Source of the DNA: Octopus vulgaris
Lineage: Eukaryota
Direction: 5' to 3'
Assembly (NCBI GenBank): GCA_951406725.2
Contig: OX597823.1
Coordinates: forward strand, 41,292,001 to 41,356,000
Length of the DNA: 64,000 nt
Shown here: one piece after another, positions 25,523 through 39,589 of the stretch
Layout: each line of letters starts with the position of its first letter
Position numbering within the stretch: the first letter of the stretch is position 1
Position numbers and translations under genes: made by a program
Notes under the pieces: generated by a model
The model's database searches: none
What the model saw: only the letters and a program-made list of their open reading frames with translations
Told to the model about the DNA's origin: nothing

Positions 25523-25867
25523 CACTCACTCAAACTCTCTCTCTCTCTCTCCCTCTCTCTCACACACACACACATACAGACTATATATATATATATGTAT
25601 ATATGTATATATATAACATGTAAAGGTGATATCCTAGATGTAGGAAGTTAATAAGCTTGAAGCAGTCCATAAAATGTATAAGAAACAATTTTCAGGTTTA
25701 TAGACATAGAAGGTTGTAAATTTTTCCCATATTGAAGTTGGATAAGCTAAAAAAAGTTTTTTTATAGTTCAATTTTAGCAACTGGGGTTGTTGTGTATGT
25801 GAAGCTGTATATACATATATCTGTGTGTGTGTGATATATATAAATATATAACTTACTAGTTAACTTA

Positions 25868-26026
25868 CTACACTCTCAGAGTGGTTGACTTTAGGAAGGG
25901 CATCCAGCTATAGAAACTCTGCCAGATCAAGATTGGAGCCTGGTGCAGCTATCTCATTTGCCAGTCATCAGTCAAATCATCCAACCCATGCTAGCATGGA
26001 AAGCGGACGTTAAACGATGATGATGA
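25868..26026 (+). mobile_element. RTE LINE 3' end, short 5'-truncated copy
   Basis: aggaagggcatccagctatagaaac..ccaacccatgctagcatggaaagcggacgttaaacgatgatgatga, followed by (TA)n. Confidence 0.85.
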
Positions 26027-26229
26027 TATATATATATATATATATATAAATCACATGGTTATAAAGCAAACTTCTTAACCACAGAGCCATGCCTGTGATT
26101 ATGTGGACAGAATAAAAAATAACTTTACTGTCAAGTGATGCAATATAAATATTTTTTAAAAATTGCAAAAATTAATGGCAAGCAATTTGAGTAACTAATA
26201 GCATAAATAAAAAGATGTTAGTAAATTTG

Positions 26230-26830
26230 TAATTTAACTTGGGGAATTAACCATTTTCAGAAATGCAGCTGAGCTATTGATAATTTTCAGATATTTGTAT
26301 GAAAATAGTATAGTCATCCTGTGTTTTTTTGTCTTTGTTTTTGATTGATTATGATATAGATATATAACAAAGAAAAGATGTTTCCATTAAAGTAGACCAT
26401 TTTTTTCAGGAGGTAGGTCCCAAATGGTACAGCTGTATTGATGTTTGTTCTGATTGTGCAGCAGCAATCTCAAGAAAAACATGTAGGATTTTAATCTAAA
26501 GTTGAATCTGCCAGCAGTGCACTTGCTGCATTCACCAACTGTATGAATCATGAAGCAACATTAATAGTAAAAAAAAAAACAACATTTATTTAAAGCTGAG
26601 TGCAGTAATACAAGATGTAGTTAAACATTAGCAGTTTGATTGCAAGTCATGTTTGAATAGTTGTCTATTTGCAAGACTATCCCAGGATATAGGATCTGAG
26701 ATCAGTCAAAATTTATTCTATGCAGAAGCATGTTGGTTGTCAAAAGGATAAGCTTTGAAATGATTTGCAGGCTTAAAAATCAAAGCAATGATGTTTTTCT
26801 CAGCAAAGCATTTTCATCATAAAGCAATTC
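26230..26830 (+). mobile_element. hAT (Charlie/Buster-like) transposase relic
   Basis: Reads WYSCIDVCSDCAAAI (cf. CTDGAAAM), FTNCMNHEA (cf. HCxxHREAL), LNSCLFARL and FYAEACWLSKG (cf. HTEVRWLSRG), with stops. Confidence 0.75.
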
Positions 26831-27012
26831 TTACTGATGGAATGAAGTTAAAAAAAAAAAATCATTGCGAAATTAAATTATTCTTGACTGAAATAAGCTG
26901 TTAAGGTTTGCTTGTGGTGTATTTCAACCATACTGATCAAATCATCAAAACCAATGTTATAACACACACACACTGTATTATAAATATGTATGCATATATT
27001 ATATATGTATGC

Positions 27013-27051
<39 letters not shown>

Positions 27052-27065
27052 GGGTTGTGTGTATA

Positions 27066-28055
27066 TCATCATCATCATTTAATGTCTGTTTTCCATGCTG
27101 GCATGAGTTGGACAGTTTGAAAGGACTGGCCAGCTGAAGAGCTGCCCAAGTTCTATGTCTGTTTTATCATGATTTCTATGGCTGGATGCCCTTTCTAATG
27201 CCAATCACTCTACAGAGTGTACTGGGTGCTTTTACACAGCACTGTCATGGCTGTTTTTTTGCATAGCACAAGCACCCATGATCCCGCAAGGTTAGGGATG
27301 CTCAGCTGGAGAGGGATGCAGTGGACAGTCTGTATGCAAGGACAACCATGCTTTTACTTACTTTGATGTCTCTTTTCAACTACAGCAAACTGCCAGGAGT
27401 CTTGGTCTTCTGTTATTCTTCCTGTAAGTCCCAACATCCATAGACCTTTTCTCACCATTTCGTCCTAATTCTTCCTGGTCTACCCTTCCACATGTTCCCT
27501 CCACAGTTAGAGATTGGCACCTCTTGATGCAGCTGTCTTCATTCATACACATTACATGGCCATACGAGTGCAGTCTCCTCTCTTGCACACTACATCTGAT
27601 GCCTTGTATACTCTATTTTTCTCTCAAGTCACTTAGACTCTGTCATATATGCACACTGATATTACACATCCAGCAAAGCATGCTGGCTTCATTTCTTTCA
27701 AGGCTTTGCATATCCTCAATAGTCACAGCTCATGTCCCACTGCCATGTAGCATGACTGTTTGTACACAGGGATCATACAGTCTACCTTTCACTCTGAGGG
27801 AGAGGCACTTTGTTATTGATAGATGCTGTAGCTTTCTGAATTTCACTCAGTCTATTCTTTTTCTTGCATCTATGTTTTCAGAACGACCTCCCTCACTACT
27901 AACTTGGTCACCTAAATAATGGAAACTGTCTTCTTCTTCTAAAGATCTCCCCAGACATTTGAGAGTCTATTTTCTGTACATTCCTGGCGTTTAATGTACT
28001 TGCACATCTGTCACATCTAAAGACTACTTTCTCTGTTAGTCTTCCAGTGATTCCA
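27066..28055 (-). mobile_element. RTE LINE, 5'-truncated decayed copy
   Basis: Minus-strand fragments GITGRLTEKVVFRCDRC and MQERRLHSYGHVMCMNEDSCIKRCQSLTVEG are homologous to the 62770 ORF; 3' UTR and (GAT)n tail present. Confidence 0.9.
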
Positions 28056-28072
28056 TATATATATATGTGTGT

Positions 28073-28116
<44 letters not shown>

Positions 28117-28934
28117 CACACACGCACACACATACACTTATGCAGGCATACCCAATAAAACTCAAAACATTGTGCATGCCTGTATTGAATTTTAGAATAT
28201 CAAACTTTTTCTCTCAGCAAGATATTTTATGATTCTTTAGTATCTACAATTATGGCAAAAATATTATCTATATCCTTATAGAACTCAACTGATGCCTACA
28301 TTGGACAACCGTGTAAAAATTAGTCACGGCATATTTGTGGGGAAATTTTATTTTACATTTTACTGTATTAACAAACATCATATATTGTAACATATATCCA
28401 AAAAGGAGCTAGACTTTGTTACTTAAAATGAAAGAAACATTACTTCTTTCCTTCAGTTATATCTAGTAATTCACGAGAAGTCTTTAAATAATTTTCAATG
28501 CTGCTAACATCATTTGATTCAATATTACAGCTTGCTGGTGAAACCATAGCAATTTTCAATACAGCAGCTGATGATGGGGTGTTTATATTCATTTAGATAA
28601 CATTTTGTTATTGTGAAGCTTATGTAGTTGTTTGTATATTTCCCATTTCTGGTTTATTTTTTTGTATACTTTATGTTCTTCAGCATTTTGATACTATCCC
28701 CAAATGTAGTCCTAAGGGTATGGGTATTGTGTTAATTGCTTTTATTATCTTTATATTTGATTTAATTGTTTAAAGATTATAAGGGACATATCTAATTGGG
28801 GTCTAGGCTAAGATTTCAGTTTGACATTAGTGTCTGATTGTCAGGGATTTAGTGATCAAAGGATTAACTGGGTTACTTGTTAGCTAGTAATCTAGTTATG
28901 CAGGATTGGTGAAGTGTATTTTGAATGACCAAAC

Positions 28935-29184
28935 TAACATATATGTAATATATATATAGATATATTGTATAAGTATATAATATATATCCATATGTATATA
29001 TAAGTATAATATATGTATGTATCTATATGTATAAGTATATAATATGTGTTTCTATATGTATACATAAGTATAATGTATATATATATATATATATATAATA
29101 AGTATATAGTATATATCTATATGTATGTATAATAAGTATATAGTATATATCTATATGTACAATAAGTATATAATATATGCACCT

Positions 29185-29232
<48 letters not shown>

Positions 29233-29670
29233 ATAAGTATATGATATATATTGCTCAAAACAGTTATGACTTCTGGGACTTGACTGAGGAAAGAAGGCCA
29301 TGAATGACCCGTCTTTTAATTGTTGTTTCTCTTGTCTGCCTTGTATCATATATCTGTCTGAATGTTTTATTGTACTCTATTGCATTTTTGTTCTATTTTA
29401 TATTTATATTTGTATATATAATAAGTTTCTAATATATATATATATATATGTCTATATGTATATATAATAAGTATATGATATATATATATATCTATGTATA
29501 TATAATTAGTCTACTATAAATATATAACAGTTTAACTTGGTGTAAAATACACCTAAGCGATATTAAATATCCAAAGAATTATATATATGTATATATATTA
29601 AGTATATAATATATATATGTATTCATAATAGGTATATAATATATATATACATACATACATATATATATAT
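28935..29670. repeat. Degenerate TA-rich minisatellite (ataagtatataatatat units)
   Basis: Repeated ataagtatat motif within (TA)n, interrupted by non-repetitive sequence at ~29250-29400. Confidence 0.7.
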
Positions 29671-30363
29671 AATGGAAAACAGTAGCCTCCAATGAACTAA
29701 TACTTTTTGCCAACAAAAGTAATACAAATGATTCAAGTAGTGGAATAAATTTCTACCATAAAGAAGAAATATCTTTTCTTTGTCATGACTGCATAAAATT
29801 CATTCCACTACTTGACTTATTATTTACATATATAAAGAATTTGTGCAATGTATTCCATATTCATTTTCTGTATTTATTATGGCATATGTGTCTTATAATA
29901 TCCTAATGTGTGTTCTATTCTTACTTTAAATATATTTCCAAACTATTAAAACTCTTGTAAAATCTATGATCGACCAAGTTGCTGGAGTGAATACGATATC
30001 ATTCTCATTGATTTTCTAAATAATTTATGACCATATAAAGCTCTGTGACTTGGAGCTTATCTAGCAAAATATTTACTTGAAAAATAATAAAATTTCAAAC
30101 GTCATCTTTGACATATTGTTGAGAAATGTGACATTTGAGATAGATATGTGGAGTAGCGGGTAGCAATTACAAGGAAGATAATCATTTCTTCATAATATTT
30201 GGTGGGATTAGAAATTTGAATTTAGGAATTATGAGAAAAGAAAGCTATAAAAGTCAAATATTTAATTCTTTTGTTTACATTTTACAAAAATTCTTTAATC
30301 TCTAATTGGAAGTAATCATGTTTGGTATTATTTCATTATTTAAAAAAAATTATCACATACACT

Positions 30364-30398
<35 letters not shown>

Positions 30399-31323
30399 GC
30401 ATACATATGCTCACACACATACACTCACACAAATACACACACACTTCACAGACAGCGAAATATCAAATATATTGGAGTTATATATGAGCCACTTCAAGTT
30501 TCAGGCTTGGAAAGTGTGGTGCTCTGATTAGCTTGTATAGCATACCGTGCATGATCCACTGACCATTTATAGTCTCAAGGCATAGCCACTCCATGATGAA
30601 ATATGAGAAATAAATGACACTTTTACAATGTTGTAAGGGGAAAGAGGATAATTCTATTTTTGTAAGCTAGAATATGTCCCTACTAAGTAAGGATTGTTCA
30701 CATCCTGTTGAACACATCGTATACTCAACATTAACAACATTCTTATGAATTAAAGGGGCATGACCTAGCTTCCGGGATCGTAATTTATCTCACATTCTTT
30801 GAGAATGCTTCATAATGTTTTCCTCAGGTTTTCCTTGTATTTGCTCTAGGTGTGGTTATGTTCTTTGAGCCTGGATGATTTCCAGGTATTGCATGGTGTG
30901 CTTCACAAGTTAATTCAAATGTGGCACTCTCCATGCATGAAACTAGAAGTAGTTCATGTATAATTCCAATATTCATTAAATGCACACACACACACATGTA
31001 TATATATGTGTATATATTCATATACATAGACCCACACATACATATATATTTATACATACACATTCATATATCTATATCTGTCTGTCTGTCTGGGAGTGTA
31101 TGGAGAGATATAGTGCCTGTAACTGAATTTATAGTCATTCTGTAATGAGTAATCAACTGATCAAGGCCATTTTCTGACAGCTAGGTATCCTTATTAGCGC
31201 TCAAAATCTACTTCCTTGTCTAATAACAAAATATAACAATTACTAGCAACAAGCATCACTGAAATATAACAAATCTTATCTAACTTCTTTTCATAAAATG
31301 GTATATATATATATATATATATA

Positions 31324-31490
31324 TCATCATCATCATCATCATCATTTAACGTCCGCTTTCCATGCTAGCATGGGTTGGACGGTTCAACTGGGGTCTGGGG
31401 AGCCCGAAGGCTGCACCAGGCCAGTCAGATCTGGCAGTGTTTCTACAGCTGGATGCCCTTCCTAACGCCAACCACTCCGAGAGTGTAGGA
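31324..31490 (-). mobile_element. RTE LINE 3' end, young short copy
   Basis: Close reverse complement of the 63935-64000 and 25868-26026 tails; CpGs retained. Confidence 0.85.
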
Positions 31491-31721
31491 GTACATATGT
31501 ACGTCTGTATTTGTGTGTCTGAATTTGTCCCCCCCACCATCACTTGACAACTGATATTGGTGTATTTACATCCCCATAAATTAGCAGTTCGGCAAAAGAC
31601 ACCGATATATATATATATATTAAGTCCAACCCATGCTAGCATGGAAAGCGGACGTTAAACGATGATGATGATTAAATTTTAAATACTTTGCTGAATAAGA
31701 AAATCATTTCTTCAGAGAAAG

Positions 31722-31764
<43 letters not shown>

Positions 31765-32527
31765 TGTAGACACTCAAAATACATGTACTATCATATGAGA
31801 CTGAAGATGATTGCAACAAATTAGACAAAATACAAACATTATTAATTGATAAATACAAAACTAAAAGGAAATCACATTGAAATTCATTGCAAAGAAATGA
31901 ATTCATATGCATATGAAAGAATGAAATCAATACACACACACATACACACACATATACACACACACACACATATATACACACACACATGCACACACACACA
32001 CACATACACACACAAATCTCATAGAAACCATCTATATACAAGTTCCTGTAAAATCTAGGAAATACCGAGAACTGAAACCAGATGTTTTGTGTTAAATTAT
32101 AGAATAAGGAAACCTCTGTGTGTAGTTAGTTAAACATACATACATACACACATATATATATTGTGCATATTTCGTATGTGTGTATGTGAATACATATTAA
32201 TGTGTATATATACATCTGAGAGTGGGAGGAGGTTTAAAATAGGCTTTCAACCTGTTCAGTGTAGCATTCAAATCTTTCTGAACAATCTCACAACTGTTCT
32301 TAGTCTGTAAACAGGATGTGCTAAATATTACAGTTTAAGATAGAATGCACAAAAACACTGACCAGATAGTCAAAGCTAAACCACTTGACCAAAATACACT
32401 TGCTGGTAAATCTTATATATGTATATCTGCCGTGCTGAACTGGCAATTTTTCGTAAATGTTGTATTATCTGAACATTCTAGAACTATTAATAATCAGTAT
32501 GATTCAGATTTTAGTCAGATTACATAA

Positions 32528-32893
32528 ATGTGGCTGTGTGGTAACACGTTTGCTTTCCAACCACATGGTCAAGGTTCAGTCCCACTGCATATCTTGCCAA
32601 AGTCCTTGTCAGTGGATTTGGTAGATGGAAACTGGAAGAAGTCCATCATATGTATAATTATATTTTACTATCTCTTTGCTTTGACATTGCATGATAGTTA
32701 TAAATGTTTCCATCATGCAAACAGTATCTTTGTTCCTAGTCATCTGTGAGAAAATGTTTGGTAATGAGGAAATATTGCCTTATTTGGAACCAGGTGAGAG
32801 CTAGCGACAGGAAGAACATGGAACCATAGGAAATCCACCTCAAAAAATGCCATCTGATCCATGGAAGTGGATGTTCAAAGTGATGATGATGAT
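32528..32893 (+). mobile_element. SINE family A head with tail type 2 (RTE-like 3' end)
   Basis: A head, then ttgacattgcatgatagttataaa..caggtgagagctagcgacaggaag..atggaagtggatgttcaaagtgatgatgat. Confidence 0.7.
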
Positions 32894-33002
32894 AAGTCAA
32901 TGTTAAACTCCAACTCACACTGACATTAGTATTAGTATTTTGTTCATAACTAAGACAAGGTACTAACTTAAGTAAGACTGGTTAACTAGTGCATGCAAGC
33001 AC

Positions 33003-33218
33003 TAAACTCTTTTGATACCAACTGAGACCAACCCCAGTTCTATAATAAAATCTGTTTTAAAGTGATCTAAATGAAAATTTGCATTAAAATTTTCTGGTAA
33101 TTTATGTTCCAAATTTCCTTCTAATAACGACAAAATTATTTCATCACTTCAGTACTTTTAAAGTTAATTGAAATAAAGGCAGTGTATTTTAATGAAAATA
33201 AGATAACAAACGAGTTAA
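33003..33218 (+). mobile_element. piggyBac-type MITE family 2
   Basis: Decayed termini taaactcttttgatacc..gataacaaacgagttaa; homologous to 49743-49988. Confidence 0.55.
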
Positions 33219-33592
33219 TTGGTGCCTACATGTAATGATAACAATGAAAACATTAGTAAAAACAGTATGTTCAAGTGTGTTTTAAAAGATTTCTTTTAAC
33301 TAGATACTGTGTTATTGGTCACAATTCTTTTGACATAAATGGGCTTTTTTGCATATTGGGCAATTACTCTAGCCAGCTATATATGTTTGTGTGTGTCAAT
33401 ATATTCTAAATTTGTAGTCATGAAATTTGTGAATGATAATTAAAGACCTTAGCTAATAATTATTCCCTTTATGACCAAGTGAATATTTATTACAGTAAAA
33501 ATACAAAGAAAGTTATGAAGACTAATATGCAGTTCTAAAGATACAATCAATAATTTTATTCAAAAGAATATATATATATATATATATATATA

Positions 33593-35245
33593 TGTATAAT
33601 ATATATAAAACTCAAAATGTCTGTGTGTGTGTGTATACTTTTTATGCATTTTTACATTTTAAATCTGATTTTGATGAAAGTTTTGTTATTAAATGGCAAA
33701 TTTACCCAGGTAGGTCATTGCTACATTACCGATCCCTAGACATACCTACTTCCAGAAGAAAAATCGATAAAACTGAAGGGACCCCCCACCCACTTTTTGC
33801 AAAAAAAATGCAAAGTTGCACATGAGAAAAGTTTTTACAGGAACGTCCGATTTTTATAATTTTGGTATCAAAAGGGCTGTCATGTCACAATAAATATTTT
33901 GACACTGCCTTGGGGCCTCTGATTCCCAAGAAAATTGTGAAAAACTTTGAAAAACATCAATTTTTTGCCTGTTTTGAAAAGTTACACAGTAGAAAACTTT
34001 TTACTGTAAAGTCCAATTTCCTTGATTTTTGCAGCTAAAAAAACACCATGTAATGGCGGTTCTATCAAGTATCTGTTCTATGTTCAAAGGCATCCTGTGC
34101 AACAAAAAACCCTGAAAAACTGTGAAAAGATCGAGTTTATACACTTTTCCCTCTTTAAATCTTCAAAAACTTTTCCACTGCTTTGGTGGATTGTGTTCAA
34201 ACTTTACACACTATTTACTCATCCTAAAAGGATAATGTTAGGAGACTCTGATTTTCACATAATTCATCTGCGTATGACCTGAAATAGTCAAAAACTGAGT
34301 AGGAAACCGGTTTTATGCACTTAAATCCCTCATTTTTGACCGAATTGGAGCGTCATGCTGCTGAGGAACCTAGAGCCACCACGTCTGTGCAACAGAACAT
34401 GGTTAATGTTAAAAAATGTGCTACCTCATGTTATTGAAGCAACAATTCTTATGGGTTGCAGCAGCGGAGATGTCTTTATACTCAGGATACCTCTGACTCC
34501 ATCAGATATGCAATACCCCTGTCCCTTGCGTTTTGATTTTTCCTCTTTGACTTTTCTTTGCCATGTCCATCAACAAGTCCCAAGGCCAAATACTAACAAT
34601 GACAGGCCTCCATTTAGGCCCACCATGCTTCTCACACGGCCAATTATATGTCGGATGCTCAAGAGTCGGATGCAAAAAAAACCTTTTCGTGTTTGTCCTG
34701 AAAGCCAAAATGAAAAATGTTGTCTACTGTGAGATGCTGTAGGCCATCCAACATACTGCAGCTTCCCTTCTGAACTGGTTTATGGTGAATGAGTACTATT
34801 GTTGCCATTCTTTCAAAATTACCTGTTTTTCTTAAATCTTTTTATTTTGTCTGCTACAGCTTCTCAATCTCCTTGCAGATGGTTTGAGTATTGACATCAC
34901 TGCACCCACTGATTTTCATGCAAACAAAAAAGGGTGTTTATACCTGTGAATGGTTAACAATCCTTTTCAGGGCTATTGTGAGAATGATAACATGGCCCTT
35001 TTCAGGGCTACTTTACATTCAATTGTTGCACCCCCTGAGATGCTCTTGTGGCTTCTCTAGGGCTTTTGACCTGTTGTTACTACTTTATTTATGATCTTTG
35101 GGGAAAATCCCTTCTTTCTCAATATCAATGCTTGCAACTTAATGCAAAAAATATTCTAAGAGATGTACAATGAAAAAATTGGTAGAACCTATTATGACCA
35201 TTGCTGAGTATTTAATACCTGAGCAACACTGGGTACTCCTGCTGG
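33593..35245 (+). mobile_element. Non-autonomous (internally deleted) Helitron
   Basis: 5' t(g)tataatatatataaaactc plus (TG)n; contains a PIF1 helicase fragment; 3' hairpin tacctg..tgggta (35216-35235) followed by CTGG (CTRR) and T. Confidence 0.7.
34355..34742 (+). pseudogene. Helitron RepHel PIF1-family helicase C-terminal fragment, frameshifted
   Basis: MLLRNLEPPRLCNRT..VIEATILMG..DVFILRIPLTPSD, then in another frame AMSINKSQGQ..CFSHGQLYVGCSRV..KNVVYCEML* (helicase motifs V and VI and the typical terminus). Confidence 0.9.
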
Positions 35246-35260
35246 TATATAATTTAGGAA

Positions 35261-35603
35261 CAGATATAGCTGTGTAGTAAGAAGCTTGCTTCTCAACTGC
35301 ATGGTTCCAGATTCAGTTTGACTGTGTGGAACCTTTTGCTATATAGCCTCTATCTGTCCAAAGTCTTGTGAGTGGATTTGGTTGACAGAAACTGAAAGAA
35401 ACCCATTGTGTGTGTATGTCTTTGTGTTTCTATTTGTCTCTCACCACTGCTTGACAACCAGTGTTGGTGTGTTTATGTCCTTGTGTTATCAGTCTGTTTT
35501 GCCAATCCTCTAAGTACTAAGTTTGAAAATAAAAATAAGTATTGGAGTCAATTCATTCAACTAAAATTCCTCAAGGTAGTGCTCTAACATGAAACAAGTA
35601 AAA
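35261..35603 (+). mobile_element. SINE family A, full length, diverged
   Basis: Head, central (TG)n and tail ..gaaacaagtaaaa. Confidence 0.75.
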
Positions 35604-35689
35604 AAATGATGATAAAGAAATATACATCCTTAGGTTTGAAATCAGCTTCATCCATTATTATAATACCTAGAATAAATTGCATAGTTGTT

Positions 35690-35855
35690 CAATAAATAAG
35701 CCAATAAGTTTGTATTTAAAGTAATTAGCCAATAAGTTTGTTTTTAAAATAATTAGCCTATATATTTGTCTTATTTCTATTTAACCAATAATTTTGTTCT
35801 TAAAGTAATTAGTCAACAAGTTTGTCTCAGTAAATTAGTCAACAAGTTTGTCTTT
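35690..35855. repeat. Short degenerate tandem repeat (aattagccaataagtttgt)
   Basis: About five imperfect units seen directly. Confidence 0.7.
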
Positions 35856-35954
35856 TTAAAAATTGGTTTCCTACTTCTGCGATCTATCCAAAAAACAAAG
35901 TGAACTTTTCAAAAGATAAATTTATTACTTTACTTTCAATTTAGGCAGACTCAT

Positions 35955-36300
35955 ATTCTTCAAAATATTTCTCTATGATTCTGATATACTACTCTCAATG
36001 TTTGTTCCAGTTTTAGAATTCATTTTAAGAGGAAGTATGCAGTTTTTGTAGTGAACTCTCTACAGTCTTTCTTTTGTCTGAAATCAATAGTCTTTTAAGA
36101 TGGATCTCAACTTGAACAAAATATGTCTGCAAGGGGTTAAATCCAAGGAGTATAGCAGTTAAGGGATGAAGATTGTCTTGTGCTTGCCAAGAATTCCTAG
36201 TTAAGAAGTGAAGCATGAGAAACTACATTGTCATGGTGCAGCATCCAGGTTTTACTTGTACATACCCCAGGCCTCTTCCTTTCCTTTGCCTCTCAAAGAC
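35955..36300 (-). mobile_element. mariner (DD34D) transposase C-terminal relic
   Basis: The minus strand reads WMLHHDNVVSH, YSLDLTP (cf. YSPDLAP) and a terminal KYFE, with stops and frameshifts. Confidence 0.75.
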
Positions 36301-36749
36301 ACCCTACTAAAAACTCTTAATCAATATCACAAGACACCCTACTAAAATCTCTTTATCAATTTTCTGAGCCTGTTAAACAAAATCATAGTGACATCTTTCC
36401 AAATGAAAAAGAGGATCTCCATATTTGGAATTTTCTGTTGTCCTGTTTTTTTGGTTGTAGTGCCAATGATTCAACGAACAACAAGTGCCTTTTCCATTTA
36501 ATATCTTAGCAATTGGTAATGTTTTTTGAGGTTTCTTGTCAATGGAATTATCTGCCAGCTCAATACATTCAAATTCTTCTAAAATAAAAATTTTCTTTAC
36601 TTGCAAAACAGATAAGGGTTTTCAACAAGAAAAGCATCCAGCTGCATTAATTTTGCCTTGATACCCTTCCTATTTAATTCTTGTTAAATGTTAAGTGAAT
36701 GAACCGGCATTTGTAGACATTTTTTCATCATCAATATGAATGTCATCCT

Positions 36750-36955
36750 TAAGGCAGTGAGCTTGCAGAATTGTCAGCACACTGGACAAAATGCTTAGCA
36801 ACATTTTATTCGCCTTCACATTCTGAGTTCAAATTCTATCGAGGTTGACTTTGCCTCTTATCTTTTTGAGGTTGATAAAATATGTACCAGATGAATAATG
36901 TAATTGACTTAGCCCACCACCTAAAATTACTGGCCTTTTAAATTCGAAACCAATA
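36750..36955 (+). mobile_element. SINE family B
   Basis: ggcagtgagcttgcagaattgtcagcac..ttctgagttcaaattc..gaggttgactttgcc..aaattcgaaaccaat. Confidence 0.75.
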
Positions 36956-37699
36956 TAAAATTGTTGACAGCAACATTGTATTCCACATTTACAAACCTCA
37001 AAATATATGAAATCATTCCAGGAATGTACTATGACTTTTGATTATTTTCCTTATATTTCTCACGAAAGTGGTAAAGCTGATTATGAGAAGCACAGAAGAA
37101 AGAAGAAAAAGTGGATGTAGATAATTTTTTTTACAGATATTTGTATTTCTATTACGTTAAAGATAAAGTTGGCACATAAATAACAAGATTTCTTTACTGT
37201 AATAACTGTGGAAACTGAGATTGTTAACTCCAAGATAAACTCCAAAGTATATATTAAATACTGTTTTATTTTTGTGGTAATATTACTATTACACTAGTGT
37301 TACTCATCATATAACTGGTAACTCTGGACATATACTTTTGCTGACATGAGTTAAAAGTCACTATTACATTACACACACACACACACACTGCCACACATAC
37401 ATATATACATGCACACACATGCAATTAGATTTTTATGTAACTGTATGCATATGTACATAATCTGTTGTAAATCTCCCCAAAATTCATTAAAAGTATAATC
37501 TTTATATCAATATGTATATATCATGTGGCCACATATATGTAATTGAAATTGTTTGTTGGGGGTAGAATTGAGGTGGAAAGAGAGAGACAGGTTGAGGTAG
37601 GAATGAAAATTATCCTGTTCTGGTTATGCTGTATTTTTTTCTTCTGGTAAAGGTATATCTTTTTAGTTTCTACTTCAGAATATGTTTAACTTAATGAGC

Positions 37700-37745
<46 letters not shown>

Positions 37746-38156
37746 ATATATCTGTATCTGTCTGTGGGTGTGCATGCATGTTTGTATTTATATATTTATA
37801 TGCAAATTTTGGTGTGTGGGTATATATATATATATATGAGCATGTATTTGCATATAAGCACACGTATATATATATATATATATATATATACTTACTGTCC
37901 CATGAAGTGTTATAGATGCATAAATATATGCATATATGTATGCAGCATCTGTTAGTATTGTGTGTGTGTGTGTCTGTGTGCAAAACAATTGCTCTCCATG
38001 TGGCATTGAAGAATTACCATAATTGTTCTGAAAGACTATTACATTTCAATGGACCATAATTGGCATATTTTCAATATATCCTCCCCATGCATTATTTTTT
38101 CCTTCTCTTTCTTACACACACACACACATTTATATATCATGTAACACAGTACAATG

Positions 38157-38202
<46 letters not shown>

Positions 38203-38228
38203 GTAATGGATATATATATATATAATAC

Positions 38229-38270
<42 letters not shown>

Positions 38271-39164
38271 GATTCTGAATGACATTATCTTTCAATAAAA
38301 ATGAAGTCTTTGTTTAAACATGAACTTGTGGCCTTTATTTGCTTCTGATGCCATGTATCAAGAATTGTCTCTAATCTCTCTAATTTGCATTAAGGTTGCT
38401 CTTAGCTATACGAGGCAATCATCTTCTCTGGACCTACATATACTAATATGTCAAATTGTAGAATTCATGCTGTGATTTCTTCTAAATATAATGTTTCATT
38501 CAGAAGAATTTATATATTAGCATTATTTGCTTAGTCTTTTACTGTCTGTTTTTTTTTTTCCGTGAAACTTTTGATTAAAAACTTTGATAATGGTTTTCAC
38601 GTATAGAGTCATATGTAGAGTTATATATAGTTACGTTTGATAAAGTTTTAGTTTCTTGTCTATTTGGGGGGGGGGGGGAATCTGCATAAAGTGAGTAGAT
38701 TTTTGCTGTGCTTGAGAAAACCCATTTGTCTCCATAAAAATGAGGTTCTGTCAAGCTTGTCTTCTCACACCCATCCCTTCCCCAGTCTTCTAACTGTGGT
38801 GCTACTCACTCAAGTGCTGTAAAAAAAATACCATCCACAACCATGCCTACACTTCCCATTGCATCCCTACTGCTGTTTCTTATCACCTCCATGACCTATT
38901 TCTATTTCCTTCATTCTCCTCCCCCCCTCACTGCATTGAACTCTATCACCATTTCTAATATCTGCTATGTTCTTTAGCACACTTATACATCTATTCACTG
39001 TTTCTGTTTCTCTATCTTTATTCTGTCTCCCATATTCACCTTGTGACATAAGGGGATGCCCTCACCATCTCTCCTCATTGCAGCTGAGGAGGCTACGTAT
39101 TCATCTCTTTAGCATGACACCTATTTCTGTTACTCTATCATACTCTTTACTCTCTCTCTCTCTT

Positions 39165-39568
39165 TTACTCTTTTACTTATTTCAGTCATTTGACTGCAGC
39201 CATGCTGGAGCACTGCCTTTAGCCAAGCAAATTGACCCCAGGACTTATACTTTGTAAGCCTAGTACTTATTCTATCAGTCTCTTTTGCCAAACCGATAAC
39301 TTACGGGGATGTAAACACACCACCATCAGTTGTCAAGCAATGTTGCGGCTACAAACACAGATACACAATCATATGCACACACATACATATATATATACAT
39401 ATATACGACGGGATTCTTTCAGTTTCCATCTACCAAATCCACTCACAAGGCTTTGGTTGGCCTGAGGCTATAGTAGAAGACACTTGCCCAAGGTGTCACA
39501 CAGTGGGATTGAACCTGGAACCATGTGGTTGGTAAGCAAATTACTTACCACACAGCCACTCCTACGCC
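39165..39568 (-). mobile_element. SINE family A, full length
   Basis: Reverse complement of the 2851 copy along its whole length. Confidence 0.9.
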
Positions 39569-39589
39569 TTTAACTTGCTTTGACATTGT

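Noticed and set aside
30100-30930. Possible DDE transposase relic (MWSSG and FIVSRHSH resembling SDG and GHS motifs)
   Set aside because: Motifs are too short and degenerate to support a call without a search.
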